From the NCBI GenBank assembly GCA_026004495.1, contig BPJG01000001.1, forward strand, positions 560,527-624,526: DNA of 64,000 nucleotides. The letters run 5' to 3'. The notes under the pieces are model-generated. The model saw nothing but the letters and a program-made list of their open reading frames with translations. It did not search any database and was not told where the DNA came from. This document shows, in pieces, positions 19,600-29,523 of the stretch. The stretch is from Candidatus Parcubacteria bacterium. GTDB taxonomy: Bacteria > Patescibacteriota > Minisyncoccia > UBA6257 > HR35. The stretch's first letter is position 1. The number at the start of each line of letters is the position of its first letter. Made by a program: the position numbers and the translations under genes.

Positions 19600-19908
19600 A
19601 TGAAAATAAAAAAAGGTGATACAGTTTTTATAATAAAAGGTAAAGATAGAGGAAGATCAGGAAAGGTAATTAAAGCTTTGCCTAGAGAGAATAAAGTTAT
19701 TATCGAGGGTTTAAATTTAGTTAAAAAACATTTAAGGCCTAAAAGAAGGGGAGAAAAAGGACAAATTATCAGTATTCCACAACCAATTTATATAAGTAAT
19801 ATTAAATTAATTTGTCCCAGCTGTAAAAAAGCTACGAGAGTTGGTTATGAAATTAAAAATGAAAAAAAATTTAGAAAGTGCAAAAAATGCAACAATATTT
19901 TTGAATAA
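19600..19908 (+). CDS. rplX: 50S ribosomal protein L24
   Basis: KOW motif KGD.V.II.GKDRG and EGLN. Confidence 0.98.
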   Translation: MKIKKGDTVFIIKGKDRGRSGKVIKALPRENKVIIEGLNLVKKHLRPKRRGEKGQIISIPQPIYISNIKLICPSCKKATRVGYEIKNEKKFRKCKKCNNIFE

Positions 19909-19910
19909 AA

Positions 19911-20459
19911 ATGCTTATCGAGGATTTTAATAATAAAATTAAATTTGAATTAAAAGAAGAGTTGAATTTAAAGAATATTTTAGCTATTCCTTCACCTAAA
20001 GTAGGTTTTGTTAATATTGGGATTGGTAAATTAATCACTTCTAGTCCTGACAATAAAGAAAAAATTATTAATGATGTTAGTAGTTTATTGGCTAAAATTA
20101 CGGGTCAAAAACCTAAAGTAGTTTTGGCAAGAAAATCTGTTTCTGGTTTCAAATTACGAAAAGGTATGCCGGTGGCTTTATTAGTTACCTTAAGAAAAAA
20201 AAGATTGTTTGATTTTATTGAAAGGCTAACTACTTATGTTTTACCTCGATATAGAGATTTCAAGGGAGTTCAAAAAAATAATTTAGATAATAGAGGTTAT
20301 TTAAATTTAGGCTTTAAAGATATTTCTATATTTCCTGAAGCAATTTATGATAGATCAAAATATAATTTAGGTTTACAAGTAACAATTATTACTAATTCCA
20401 AAAATAAAGCTCATAATATTAATCTCTGGAAAAAATTAGGTTTTCCAATTAAAATTTAA
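19911..20459 (+). CDS. rplE: 50S ribosomal protein L5
   Basis: ITGQKP, FKLRKG, VTLR and PRYRDFKG. Confidence 0.98.
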   Translation: MLIEDFNNKIKFELKEELNLKNILAIPSPKVGFVNIGIGKLITSSPDNKEKIINDVSSLLAKITGQKPKVVLARKSVSGFKLRKGMPVALLVTLRKKRLFDFIERLTTYVLPRYRDFKGVQKNNLDNRGYLNLGFKDISIFPEAIYDRSKYNLGLQVTIITNSKNKAHNINLWKKLGFPIKI

Positions 20460-20473
20460 ATTAAAATTTAAAA

Positions 20474-20659
20474 ATGCCGAAAAAATCACAAATAGCAAGG
20501 TGGAAAAGACCAGCAAAATTTAAAACCAGACAAGTTAATTGTTGTTTTCGTTGTGGCAGGGCTAAAGGTTATTTAAGGGATTTTAATTTATGTCGAATTT
20601 GTTTTAGAGAATTAATTCATAAAGGAGAAATTCCGGGAATTAAAAAATCTTCTTGGTAA
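20474..20659 (+). CDS. rpsN: 30S ribosomal protein S14, zinc-binding type
   Basis: CFRCGR...LCRICFRE; 61 aa. Confidence 0.98.
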   Translation: MPKKSQIARWKRPAKFKTRQVNCCFRCGRAKGYLRDFNLCRICFRELIHKGEIPGIKKSSW

Positions 20660-20662
20660 AAT

Positions 20663-21055
20663 ATGACAACAGATCCAATAGCTGATTTATTAACTCAAAT
20701 TAGAAATGCTTGGAAAGTAAAAAAAGAAAAGATTGTAGTTCCGTATTCTAATGTTAAGATAGGTATATTAAAAATTTTTAAGCATAAAAATATTATTAAA
20801 GGAATAAAATTGAAAGAAGAAAATAAAAAAAGATTTTTAGTTATTTATCTTAATTATAATAATAATCAACCACCTTATGAAAATTTAAGGAGAATTTCTA
20901 AACCGGGAAGGAGAGTTTATGTTGGTTATCAAGAATTAAAACCAACAAGAAGTGGTTTTGGTTTTAAAATAATTTCAACTTCCAGAGGTATAATGGTTGA
21001 TTCTGAAGCTAAGAAAAGAAAATTGGGCGGTGAAGTGTTATGTGAAATTTATTAA
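20663..21055 (+). CDS. rpsH: 30S ribosomal protein S8
   Basis: DPIADLLT, ISKPGRRVY and GGEV. Confidence 0.98.
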   Translation: MTTDPIADLLTQIRNAWKVKKEKIVVPYSNVKIGILKIFKHKNIIKGIKLKEENKKRFLVIYLNYNNNQPPYENLRRISKPGRRVYVGYQELKPTRSGFGFKIISTSRGIMVDSEAKKRKLGGEVLCEIY

Positions 21056-21079
21056 ATTAAAAAAATAATTTATATAAAA

Positions 21080-21634
21080 ATGTCAAAATTAGGGAAAAAG
21101 CCAATTAAATTACCAGAAAAAGTAGAATTAAAAATAGAAAATGAAAATATTATAATTAAAGGCCCTCTTGGTGAATTATTATTTAAATTAGATAAAGATT
21201 TCGACCTTATTAAAGAAGATAATTGTTTGTTTATTAAACCAAAAGTATATAATAAAAGAACTAAAGTAATGTGGGGAACCCTATGGTCATTATTAAATAA
21301 TAAAATCAATGATGTAATTAATGGATTTAGTAAGGTTTTAATTTTAGAGGGATTGGGTTATACAGTTGAAAAAATTTCTGAAAACGAGCTTTTATTTAAA
21401 TTAGGTTTATCACACCCAATCAAAATTAAAATACCAGATGGTATTAATGTAGATATTAAACAATTAAAAGGTCAATTTGAAATAACAATTAGCGGAATTA
21501 ATAGAGAAAAGATTGGACTTTTTACTTCACAAATAAGAAAAATAAAACCAAGAGATATTTATAAACTAAAAGGTTTTAGATATATAAATGAATTAGTAAA
21601 AACTAAACCAGTTAAAAAAACAATTGGTAAATAA
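21080..21634 (+). CDS. rplF: 50S ribosomal protein L6
   Basis: MSKLGKKP, KGPLG, LGLSHP and YKLKG. Confidence 0.98.
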   Translation: MSKLGKKPIKLPEKVELKIENENIIIKGPLGELLFKLDKDFDLIKEDNCLFIKPKVYNKRTKVMWGTLWSLLNNKINDVINGFSKVLILEGLGYTVEKISENELLFKLGLSHPIKIKIPDGINVDIKQLKGQFEITISGINREKIGLFTSQIRKIKPRDIYKLKGFRYINELVKTKPVKKTIGK

Positions 21635-21637
21635 AAA

Positions 21638-22009
21638 ATGAAATTACTTTTTAAGAAAAAAAAATTAGATAAAAAAGATAGACGGCTAATTAGACATAAA
21701 AGAATAAGAGTTAAAATAAAAGGTACAGAAAATAGACCCCGAATATCAATCTTTAGATCTAATAGAAATATTTATCTTCAGTTAATTGATGATGACAAAA
21801 AACAAACAATAACATCAGCTTCAACTTTAGAATTTAGAAAAGAAAAATTATCTGGAAAAGAAAAAGCTAAAAAGGTTGCTGAAATATTTGCTGAAAGATT
21901 AAAAAACAATGGTATTGAAAAAGTAGTTTTTGATCGAGGAGGTTATACATATTATGGTCGAGTTAAAATTATCGCTGATAAATTAAGAGAAAAAGGTATT
22001 ATTTTTTAA
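21638..22009 (+). CDS. rplR: 50S ribosomal protein L18
   Basis: RPRISIFRSN and VFDRGGY.YYGRV. Confidence 0.98.
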   Translation: MKLLFKKKKLDKKDRRLIRHKRIRVKIKGTENRPRISIFRSNRNIYLQLIDDDKKQTITSASTLEFRKEKLSGKEKAKKVAEIFAERLKNNGIEKVVFDRGGYTYYGRVKIIADKLREKGIIF

Positions 22010-22014
22010 TATAA

Positions 22015-22479
22015 ATGATTGATAAGAAAAATAATTGGGAATACAGAGTACTTGAAATTAAAAGAGTAGCTAAAGTAACTAAAGGGGGTAAAACATTTAA
22101 AATTAGAGCCGTTGTAATTGCTGGAGATAAAAATGGAAAGGTAGGTGTAGGAATTGAAAAAGGGGATGACGTTTCTCAGGCTGTAAATAAGGCTTTAAAT
22201 TTAGCTATAAAAAATCATATAAGTGTTCCAATTTTAAATAATACTATTCCTTACGAAGTTGAAGGAAAAGTTAGTGCCGCTAAGGTTTTAATAAAACCAG
22301 CTAAAGAGGGTAGGGGAATTATTGCTGGTGGTTCGGTAAAAATAATTTTAGAATTAGCTGGAATTAAAGATGCCATTGCTAAAATTATTGGCGTTACCAA
22401 AAATCCTCTAACCAATTCAATGGCAACATTGAAAGCATTAGAAAAATTAAATAAATATAATATCAAAAATGCTAATTAA
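22015..22479 (+). CDS. rpsE: 30S ribosomal protein S5
   Basis: RVAKVTKGG and GRGIIAGG. Confidence 0.98.
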   Translation: MIDKKNNWEYRVLEIKRVAKVTKGGKTFKIRAVVIAGDKNGKVGVGIEKGDDVSQAVNKALNLAIKNHISVPILNNTIPYEVEGKVSAAKVLIKPAKEGRGIIAGGSVKIILELAGIKDAIAKIIGVTKNPLTNSMATLKALEKLNKYNIKNAN

Positions 22480-22906
22480 TCAAATTAATTTTCGATTAAA
22501 AAAGAAAAAAAGAATAGGTAGAGGAGGCAAAAAAGGTAATTATTCTGGTAGAGGAATGAAAGGTCAAAGGTCAAGAGCGGGTCGTAGGATTAGGCCAGCA
22601 GAGAGGGATATTATTTTAAAATTACCCAAATTAAAAGGATTTAAATTTAAATCCTTTAAAGATAAAAATTATGTTGTCAATTTGGCTACTATTGACAAAA
22701 AATTTAAAGATGGGGAAATGGTTAATGCCAATTCTTTAATTGAAAAAAAAATTATTAAACAACCTAAAAGTAAAAAAGATTTAATAATTAAAATTTTATC
22801 AACTGGACAATTAACTAAAAGTTTACTATTTTCTAATAAATTGCTTTTTAGTAAATCAGCTTTAAATAAAATTAGAAATAGTAATTCGCAAATTGTAAAT
22901 GATTAA
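22469..22906 (+). CDS. rplO: 50S ribosomal protein L15
   Basis: RIGRGGKKG.YSGRGMKGQRSRAG. Overlaps rpsE, so no rpmD lies between them. Confidence 0.97.
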   Translation: MLINQINFRLKKKKRIGRGGKKGNYSGRGMKGQRSRAGRRIRPAERDIILKLPKLKGFKFKSFKDKNYVVNLATIDKKFKDGEMVNANSLIEKKIIKQPKSKKDLIIKILSTGQLTKSLLFSNKLLFSKSALNKIRNSNSQIVND

Positions 22907-24179
22907 AATAAATTTATTTAAAAATTTAATTAATTTATTTAAATTGAAAGATTTAAGAAGAAGGATTTTACTTATAATTTTATATTTGTTTATATTTAGA
23001 ATAGTTTCTAATGTTCCTTTACCAGGAGTAGATTTAGAAAGAATAAAAAATTTAATCCAGGCTAATCAATTTTTAGGACTATTCAATATCTTTATTGGTA
23101 ATACCCTAGAAAGATTTTCTATTGCTTTATTAGGTTTAGGTCCTTATATTACCGCTGTTATTATTATGCAACTTTTAACTTTGGTTTATCCTAAGTTAAA
23201 AGAAATGTATTATGAAGAAGGAGAAGTTGGGAGAGCAAAATTTAATCAATATGCAAGAATTTTAACTGTACCATTAACTATGATTCAATCTTTTGGTTTT
23301 TTAAAATTTTTAGAATCTCAAAATTTAATTACTTTTTTAAGTTCTTTTGATTTAATTAGAGATATTATTATAATAACAGCAGGAACAATATTTTTAATGT
23401 GGTTAGGTGAATTAATTACTGAACAAAAATTAACTAATGGAATATCTTTTTTGATTTTTTCTGGTATTGTTGCTGGTACCCCAGGTTTTATTCAACAAGC
23501 AATAGTCAATTTCAGTATTAGTGAAATTAATAAATATATAATTTTAATTTTATTATCAATTTTTATAGTTTCTGCTATTGTTTATGTTAATGAAGCAGAA
23601 AGAAGAATTCCTCTTAATTTTTCAAAACGAGTAAGAGGAACAAAGTTATATGGTGGTGTTTTAACTTATTTGCCATTAAAAATTAATCAGGCTGGAGTAA
23701 TACCAATAATTTTTGCTATTTCTGTTTTATTATTTCCTCAGACCCTATTTCAAATCTTATCAGCCACGGGTATAAATTTTTTTGGTAATTTATTTCAAAG
23801 CTTGAATAGTTTTTTACAAAATCAATTTATCTTTAGTTTACTATATTTCATTTTAGTCTTTGGTTTTACTTATTTTTATACTTCAATTACTTTTGAGCCT
23901 AGTGAATTAGCTTTAAATTTTCAAAGATCGGGAGCCTTTGTTCCTGGTGTTAGGCCTGGGAAGGAAACCGCAGAATATTTTAAGAATATAGTTAATAAAA
24001 TAAATCTTAGTGGTGGTATTTTTTTAGGAATAATAGCAATTCTTCCTTATATTACTCAATCTTTAACAGGTTTATCTTTTGTAGGAATTGGAGGAACTTC
24101 GGTTTTGATTTTAGTTTCCGTTGCTATCGAAACAATAAAGAAGATAGAAGCAGAATTAGGCAGTAGAGAATATACTTAA
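22899..24179 (+). CDS. secY: Preprotein translocase subunit SecY
   Basis: LGLGPYITA, WLGELIT, AGVIPIIFA, PGVRPG and GGTSVLI. Confidence 0.99.
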   Translation: MIKINLFKNLINLFKLKDLRRRILLIILYLFIFRIVSNVPLPGVDLERIKNLIQANQFLGLFNIFIGNTLERFSIALLGLGPYITAVIIMQLLTLVYPKLKEMYYEEGEVGRAKFNQYARILTVPLTMIQSFGFLKFLESQNLITFLSSFDLIRDIIIITAGTIFLMWLGELITEQKLTNGISFLIFSGIVAGTPGFIQQAIVNFSISEINKYIILILLSIFIVSAIVYVNEAERRIPLNFSKRVRGTKLYGGVLTYLPLKINQAGVIPIIFAISVLLFPQTLFQILSATGINFFGNLFQSLNSFLQNQFIFSLLYFILVFGFTYFYTSITFEPSELALNFQRSGAFVPGVRPGKETAEYFKNIVNKINLSGGIFLGIIAILPYITQSLTGLSFVGIGGTSVLILVSVAIETIKKIEAELGSREYT

Positions 24180-24201
24180 AAATATTTTTATATAAAATTT
24201 T

Positions 24202-24272
24202 GCCCGCGTAGCTTAATGGAAAAGCATCTCCGTCCTAAGGAGAGGATAGGGGTTCGATTCCCTTCGCGGGTA
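24202..24272 (+). tRNA. tRNA-Arg(CCU)
   Basis: GCCCGCG/CGCGGGT acceptor, TCTCC-GTCCTAA-GGAGA anticodon arm and TTCGATT T-loop. Confidence 0.9.
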
Positions 24273-24459
24273 TATTAATTAATATCTTAATAAATATTCT
24301 TAAAAAAATCAAAATATATTTTTATCTTAGTTAAATTTATTTTTTTTAATTATTTTCAAAATTATTTGACCTAATTTTTAAATATAGCATAATTTAATTC
24401 TCTTGTCAATTAATTATTTTAATAATTAAAATAATATTCAAAAGGTAAATTAAATATTT

Positions 24460-25290
24460 ATGTTTTTTTATTTATTTTATTATTTTTATAATAAAAAATT
24501 CAAATATCTTTTACTTAAAATAAAATATTTTTAATTGATTTGGGGAAGATATTAATTTCTGAAAAATTAACCGCAATAGATATTAAATTTATTCAAGAAA
24601 TTTTTAAAGAAGAAGTAAATAAAAATTTATTTTTGACCGATAAATTAGATAATTAACAATTTCAGTTTTAAAAGAATTTCAAAAAAATATAATATAAATC
24701 AATTAGGCAAAATTGATCTCGATATAATTAAGCTTATTTTAAGTATTAGTGGCTTAAATGGTATAAATTTATCTCATAATAAATTATTCTTTACTTCAAA
24801 ACAAGATAATTTATTATCAATTAAAAAATAATCAAATAAGAAAAGGATAATTAATAATAAATTGGAAAATCTACTCCATCTTACCATTATTATTCTTTCT
24901 GATAAAGTTACACGACATTAAATTTTAAATTAATAATTATGGAGCAAAGAGTAAAAATCATTTGAATTAAGGTTTTAAGAGATTAAAAATTTAATGGAAT
25001 ACAAGTATATCCAATTTTCTTATCTTTGTCTTACAACCTATATATATTTTGATATACTAATGAGATTCAAGTACTTCAAAATAAATTTTAATTTTAAATT
25101 AGCTTCTTTGCCTAAGGTAGGTAATTTAACCCTTGATTTAGATAGATTAAACATTAATAAAGATTATCAATTGGATTTAGGATGCATCATTTTTTAAGTT
25201 ATCTTAAAGATATTTCTAATGAAAAATGGTAATAAGTTTGTATTAAGCTTAATAAACGGTAATAATAATATTGATGATCAAGATAATTTA
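24460..25290 (+). pseudogene. Probable decayed gene remnant (family not identifiable)
   Basis: Protein-like fragments (IDLGKILISEKLTAIDIKFIQEIFKEEV; LGKIDLDIIKLILSISGLNG; KLASLPKVGNLTLDLD) separated by stops and frameshifts. Boundaries approximate. Confidence 0.45.
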
Positions 25291-25497
25291 AATATTTTTT
25301 TTATTTAATTATATTGCTAATATTTAGTAAGGGTAATATTAACTATGATTTAAATTTTAATTCACTAATTAATGATAAAGATTTAAATATAATTCTTAAA
25401 AATTTTGACACAAAGAGATACTTAAAAGTAATAATATATACAATAAAATAACTTAAAAGTATAAAATTTTTTATTTTGAAAATAACTCTTTATTATT

Positions 25498-25535
25498 TTA
25501 TCCACTGTTTATCCTCAACTTTAAGATATTTGACA
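25498..25535 (+). promoter_or_regulatory. Two DnaA-box-like sites and a -35 box upstream of dnaB
   Basis: TTATCCACT (25498) and TTATCCTCA (25509) are each 1 mismatch from TTATCCACA. TTGACA at 25530. Confidence 0.5.
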
Positions 25536-25569
25536 AAAATTTTTTTTGGAGTAAAAATATTTGATTAAG

Positions 25570-26931
25570 ATGCCTGAGGAGATTTTTAAACCTTTACCAA
25601 ATAATCAAGAAGCAGAAATCGCTATTTTAGGTGCTTTGCTTATTGATCCAGAAGCAATTTATAAGATTGTTGATATTTTAAAAGCAGATGATTTTTACAA
25701 ACCTGCCCATCAAATAATATATTCAACTATTTTATATCTTTTTGAAAAAAGAGAATCAATTGATGTTATTACATTGACAAATCGTTTAAGAGAAATAGGT
25801 GAATTAGAAAATATTGGTGGTAGCGGATATATATTTGAACTTATTAGCAAAACACCTACTATTTCTAATATAATTAACTATGCTAAAATAATTCGCGATA
25901 AAAAAGCAAGAAGGGATTTAATTCAAACATCTTATGAAATCCAAAGTATTGCCCATGAAGAAGAAAAAAGCTCAGAGGAATTAATAGATGAAATTGAGGC
26001 TAAAATTTTTAAAGTTGCAGATAGAGTATATCCAAGAGAATTTTTACATATTTCAGAATTTTTAGAATCTGCTTATCAAAGAATAGAAGAACTTCATACT
26101 CATCAAAAAAAATTAAGAGGAGTGTCGACTGGCTTTAATTTATTAGATGAATATTTAGGTGGGTTTCAAAAGTCAGATTTAATTATTTTAGCTTCAAGAC
26201 CTTCATTGGGTAAAACATCATTAGCCTTAACTTTTGCTCGTAATATTGCATTAATTGAAAATAAACCGGTAGCTATTTTTAGTTTAGAAATGTCGAAAGA
26301 TCAAATTATTGATAGATTATTGGCTAGTGAAGCGGGTGTTAGTTTGTGGAGACTAAGAACTGGTAAATTATTTTATGAAGGAGAAATAAACGAATTAGCT
26401 CTTATTTCTGAAGCTTTAGATAAGTTTAATCAAGCTCCTATTTATATAGACGATACTCCAAATTTAAATACTCTTCAAATAAGGACAATGTCTAGAAAAT
26501 TAAAACATCAAGTTGGCGATATTGGCCTTATTATTATTGATTATCTTCAATTATTAAAGACAAATAGATATTTTGAAAGTAGAGTTCAAGAAATAACTGA
26601 AATTTCGAGAAGTTTAAAAGAGCTAGCTAGAGAATTAAATGTACCTATTTTAGCTTTATCTCAGCTTTCAAGAGCACCAGAACAAAGAATTTCTCAAGTT
26701 CCTAAATTATCAGATTTAAGAGATTCGGGTTCAATCGAACAAGATGCCGATATAGTAATGTTTATTCATAGGCCTAAAGAATTAGGTCACGTTGTTCCTT
26801 CTAATCAGGCAGAAATTATAATTGCTAAACAGAGAAATGGTCCCTTAGGTGTTATAACCTTATATTTTGACCCTGAAACTACTTCATTCTATACTACTGA
26901 ACAAACAATTGAAGAAATTGAGCTACATTAA
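25570..26931 (+). CDS. dnaB: Replicative DNA helicase
   Basis: ASRPSLGKT, IDYLQL, LSQLSR and DLRDSGSIEQDAD. Confidence 0.98.
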   Translation: MPEEIFKPLPNNQEAEIAILGALLIDPEAIYKIVDILKADDFYKPAHQIIYSTILYLFEKRESIDVITLTNRLREIGELENIGGSGYIFELISKTPTISNIINYAKIIRDKKARRDLIQTSYEIQSIAHEEEKSSEELIDEIEAKIFKVADRVYPREFLHISEFLESAYQRIEELHTHQKKLRGVSTGFNLLDEYLGGFQKSDLIILASRPSLGKTSLALTFARNIALIENKPVAIFSLEMSKDQIIDRLLASEAGVSLWRLRTGKLFYEGEINELALISEALDKFNQAPIYIDDTPNLNTLQIRTMSRKLKHQVGDIGLIIIDYLQLLKTNRYFESRVQEITEISRSLKELARELNVPILALSQLSRAPEQRISQVPKLSDLRDSGSIEQDADIVMFIHRPKELGHVVPSNQAEIIIAKQRNGPLGVITLYFDPETTSFYTTEQTIEEIELH

Positions 26932-26969
26932 GTCTATTAGTTTTTAATATGTTATAATTTTCTTTAAAA

Positions 26970-29462
26970 ATGTTAAATTCTATTTTAAATTTGTTTAAAA
27001 AAGATTATTTAAGGAAATGGCAGGTTATTGTTAGTGAAATTAATTCATTAGAAGAAAAATTTGAATCTTTAGAAACAGAAAAGTTAAAAGATAAAACTCA
27101 AGAATTTAAAGAAAGATTAAGTAAGGGAGAAACTTTAGATGATTTATTGCCAGAAGCTTTTGCTTTAGTTAGAGAAGCTGCCAAAAGGACATTGAATCAG
27201 AGACATTATGATGTTCAACTTTTAGGAGGTATTTGTTTGCATAAAGGAATGGTGGTTGAGATGATGACTGGTGAAGGTAAAACATTAACTGCTACTCTAG
27301 CTGCTTATTTAAATTCTTTAACAGGTGATGGAGTTCATATTTGCACTGTTAATGATTATTTAGCTAAAAGAGATACAGCTTGGATGGGTCAAATTTATAA
27401 TCTTTTAGGAATTAGTGTTTCTTGTATTGTTCATGAACAAAGTTTTATTTATGATCCTTATTTTGTAAGAGAAGAAAAAGATAAATTTAGAGATACTCAG
27501 GGTAATTTTATGGTTTTTTATGATTATTTGAAGCCAATTGATAGAAAAACTGCCTATCAAGCAGATATTATTTACGGCACTAATCATGAATTTGGCTTTG
27601 ATTATTTAAAAGACAATTTATCCATAGATAAATTTGAGGTAGTTCAAAGAGGCTTTAATTATGCTATTGTTGATGAAGTTGATAGTATTTTAATTGATGA
27701 GTCACGAACTCCCCTTATTATTTCTGGATTTCAAAGTGAAGCTAATGAGATATATTACCTTTTTGATAAAATAGCCAAAACTTTAAAATCAGGAATAGAT
27801 TTTAATATTGATAAAAAAAGAAAAGTTATTTATTTAACTGAAGAGGGTCAAGATAAAGTTGCAAAAATTTTAGGTTATGATCCTTATAAAATAGAAAATT
27901 TACATGCCATTCATCATTTAGAACAAGCCTTAAAAGCGAATTATATATTTTTTAGGGATAAAGATTATATTGTTAAAGATAATCAAATAATAATAGTTGA
28001 TGAATTTACTGGTAGGTTAATGTGGGGAAGACGTTGGTCAGGTGGCTTACATCAAGCAATTGAAGCAAAAGAAGGAGTTTCTATTCAACCTGAATCGAAA
28101 ACAATTGCTCAAATTACTATTCAAAACTTTTTTAGAAAATATAAAAAATTATCAGGTATGACAGGAACAGCAATTACTTCAGCTGAAGAATTTTATAAAG
28201 TTTATGGATTAGAAACTATATTTATTCCTCCCAATAAGAAATGTATTAGAATCGATCATCCTGATAAAATTTTTATCAATCAAAAAGCTAAATGGGATGC
28301 TATTGTAAATAAAATTGAGGAACTTCATAAAGTAGGAAGACCTGTCTTAGTCGGTACAACATCTATTGAAAAAAATGAATTTTTATCTAAAAAATTAAGA
28401 GAGAAAAATATTCCTCATCAAATTTTGAATGCTAAAAATCATGAAGAGGAAGGTAAAATAATTGCTCAGGCTGGAAAATTGGGGATGGTAACTGTAGCTA
28501 CCAATATGGCAGGAAGAGGTGTAGATATAATTTTAGGAGGAAATCCTTCAGATTACGACGAAACTCAAAAGATAAAAGAATTAGGAGGTTTATTTGTAAT
28601 TGGTACTGAAAGACACGAAGCAAGACGAATTGATAATCAATTAAGAGGAAGAGCAGGAAGACAAGGAGATCCAGGAGAGACTCAATTTTTTGTATCCCTA
28701 GAAGATGATTTGATAAAAATTTTTGGTGGTGAAAAAATTAAAAGTATTTTAATTAGACTTAATATTAAAGAGGAGGTAATTATAGAACATCCATTAATTT
28801 CTAAAGCTATTGAAGAAGCTCAAAATAAAATTGAAGGTTTTAATTTTGATTTAAGAAAACATCTTTTAGAATACGATGATGTTATTAATTCTCAAAGAGA
28901 TAAAATTTATAGTGATAGAAGGAAAATTTTATTCGATGAAATTAATTCTTTAGAATTTCTTAGTAACTCTTTTGAGGAATTTTTAAAAGAAGATGAAGAG
29001 ATAATTAAATTTCATTTAAAAATTAGAGAAAATATTCTTTCTAAAGATGAATTAATTAAAGAAGCTAGAGATATATTTTTTAAAAAATATTCTATATTAA
29101 GTAAATTAGAAAATTTTAGAGAATTAATTAAAATAATAATTTTAAAAACCTTTGATTATCTATGGACCGAACACCTGAGCTATTTAGAGGAACTTAAAGA
29201 AACTGTTAGTTGGCGTGGTTATGCTCAAAAAGATCCGCTCGTTGAATATAAAAGAGAAGCCTTAAATAGCTTTAACAACTTTTATCGTTTAGTTAATATT
29301 AATTTAATTAGTAATTTCATGAATTTAGAAATAAGATATGAAGAACCTAAAATTGACAGAAATACTCCCTGTCCCTGTGGTAGTGGTAAAAAATGGAAAA
29401 AATGTGGTTTATTGAATACCGAAGAACATCAACAAAGGATGAAAATGATAAAAAACTTTTAA
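26970..29462 (+). CDS. secA: Preprotein translocase ATPase SecA
   Basis: MMTGEGKT, DEVDSILIDE, QLRGRAGRQGDPG and a C-terminal SEC-C motif CPCGSGKKWKKC. Confidence 0.99.
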   Translation: MLNSILNLFKKDYLRKWQVIVSEINSLEEKFESLETEKLKDKTQEFKERLSKGETLDDLLPEAFALVREAAKRTLNQRHYDVQLLGGICLHKGMVVEMMTGEGKTLTATLAAYLNSLTGDGVHICTVNDYLAKRDTAWMGQIYNLLGISVSCIVHEQSFIYDPYFVREEKDKFRDTQGNFMVFYDYLKPIDRKTAYQADIIYGTNHEFGFDYLKDNLSIDKFEVVQRGFNYAIVDEVDSILIDESRTPLIISGFQSEANEIYYLFDKIAKTLKSGIDFNIDKKRKVIYLTEEGQDKVAKILGYDPYKIENLHAIHHLEQALKANYIFFRDKDYIVKDNQIIIVDEFTGRLMWGRRWSGGLHQAIEAKEGVSIQPESKTIAQITIQNFFRKYKKLSGMTGTAITSAEEFYKVYGLETIFIPPNKKCIRIDHPDKIFINQKAKWDAIVNKIEELHKVGRPVLVGTTSIEKNEFLSKKLREKNIPHQILNAKNHEEEGKIIAQAGKLGMVTVATNMAGRGVDIILGGNPSDYDETQKIKELGGLFVIGTERHEARRIDNQLRGRAGRQGDPGETQFFVSLEDDLIKIFGGEKIKSILIRLNIKEEVIIEHPLISKAIEEAQNKIEGFNFDLRKHLLEYDDVINSQRDKIYSDRRKILFDEINSLEFLSNSFEEFLKEDEEIIKFHLKIRENILSKDELIKEARDIFFKKYSILSKLENFRELIKIIILKTFDYLWTEHLSYLEELKETVSWRGYAQKDPLVEYKREALNSFNNFYRLVNINLISNFMNLEIRYEEPKIDRNTPCPCGSGKKWKKCGLLNTEEHQQRMKMIKNF

Positions 29463-29523
29463 TTTGTTATTAATAAAAACTTTAATTAATGATAAATTTT
29501 TGATAATAATATTAATTTTTAAT

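Noticed and set aside
24994-25197. 67-aa ORF
   Set aside because: Looks like a chance-open piece of a decayed region with no recognisable motif, so it is treated as part of the pseudogene.
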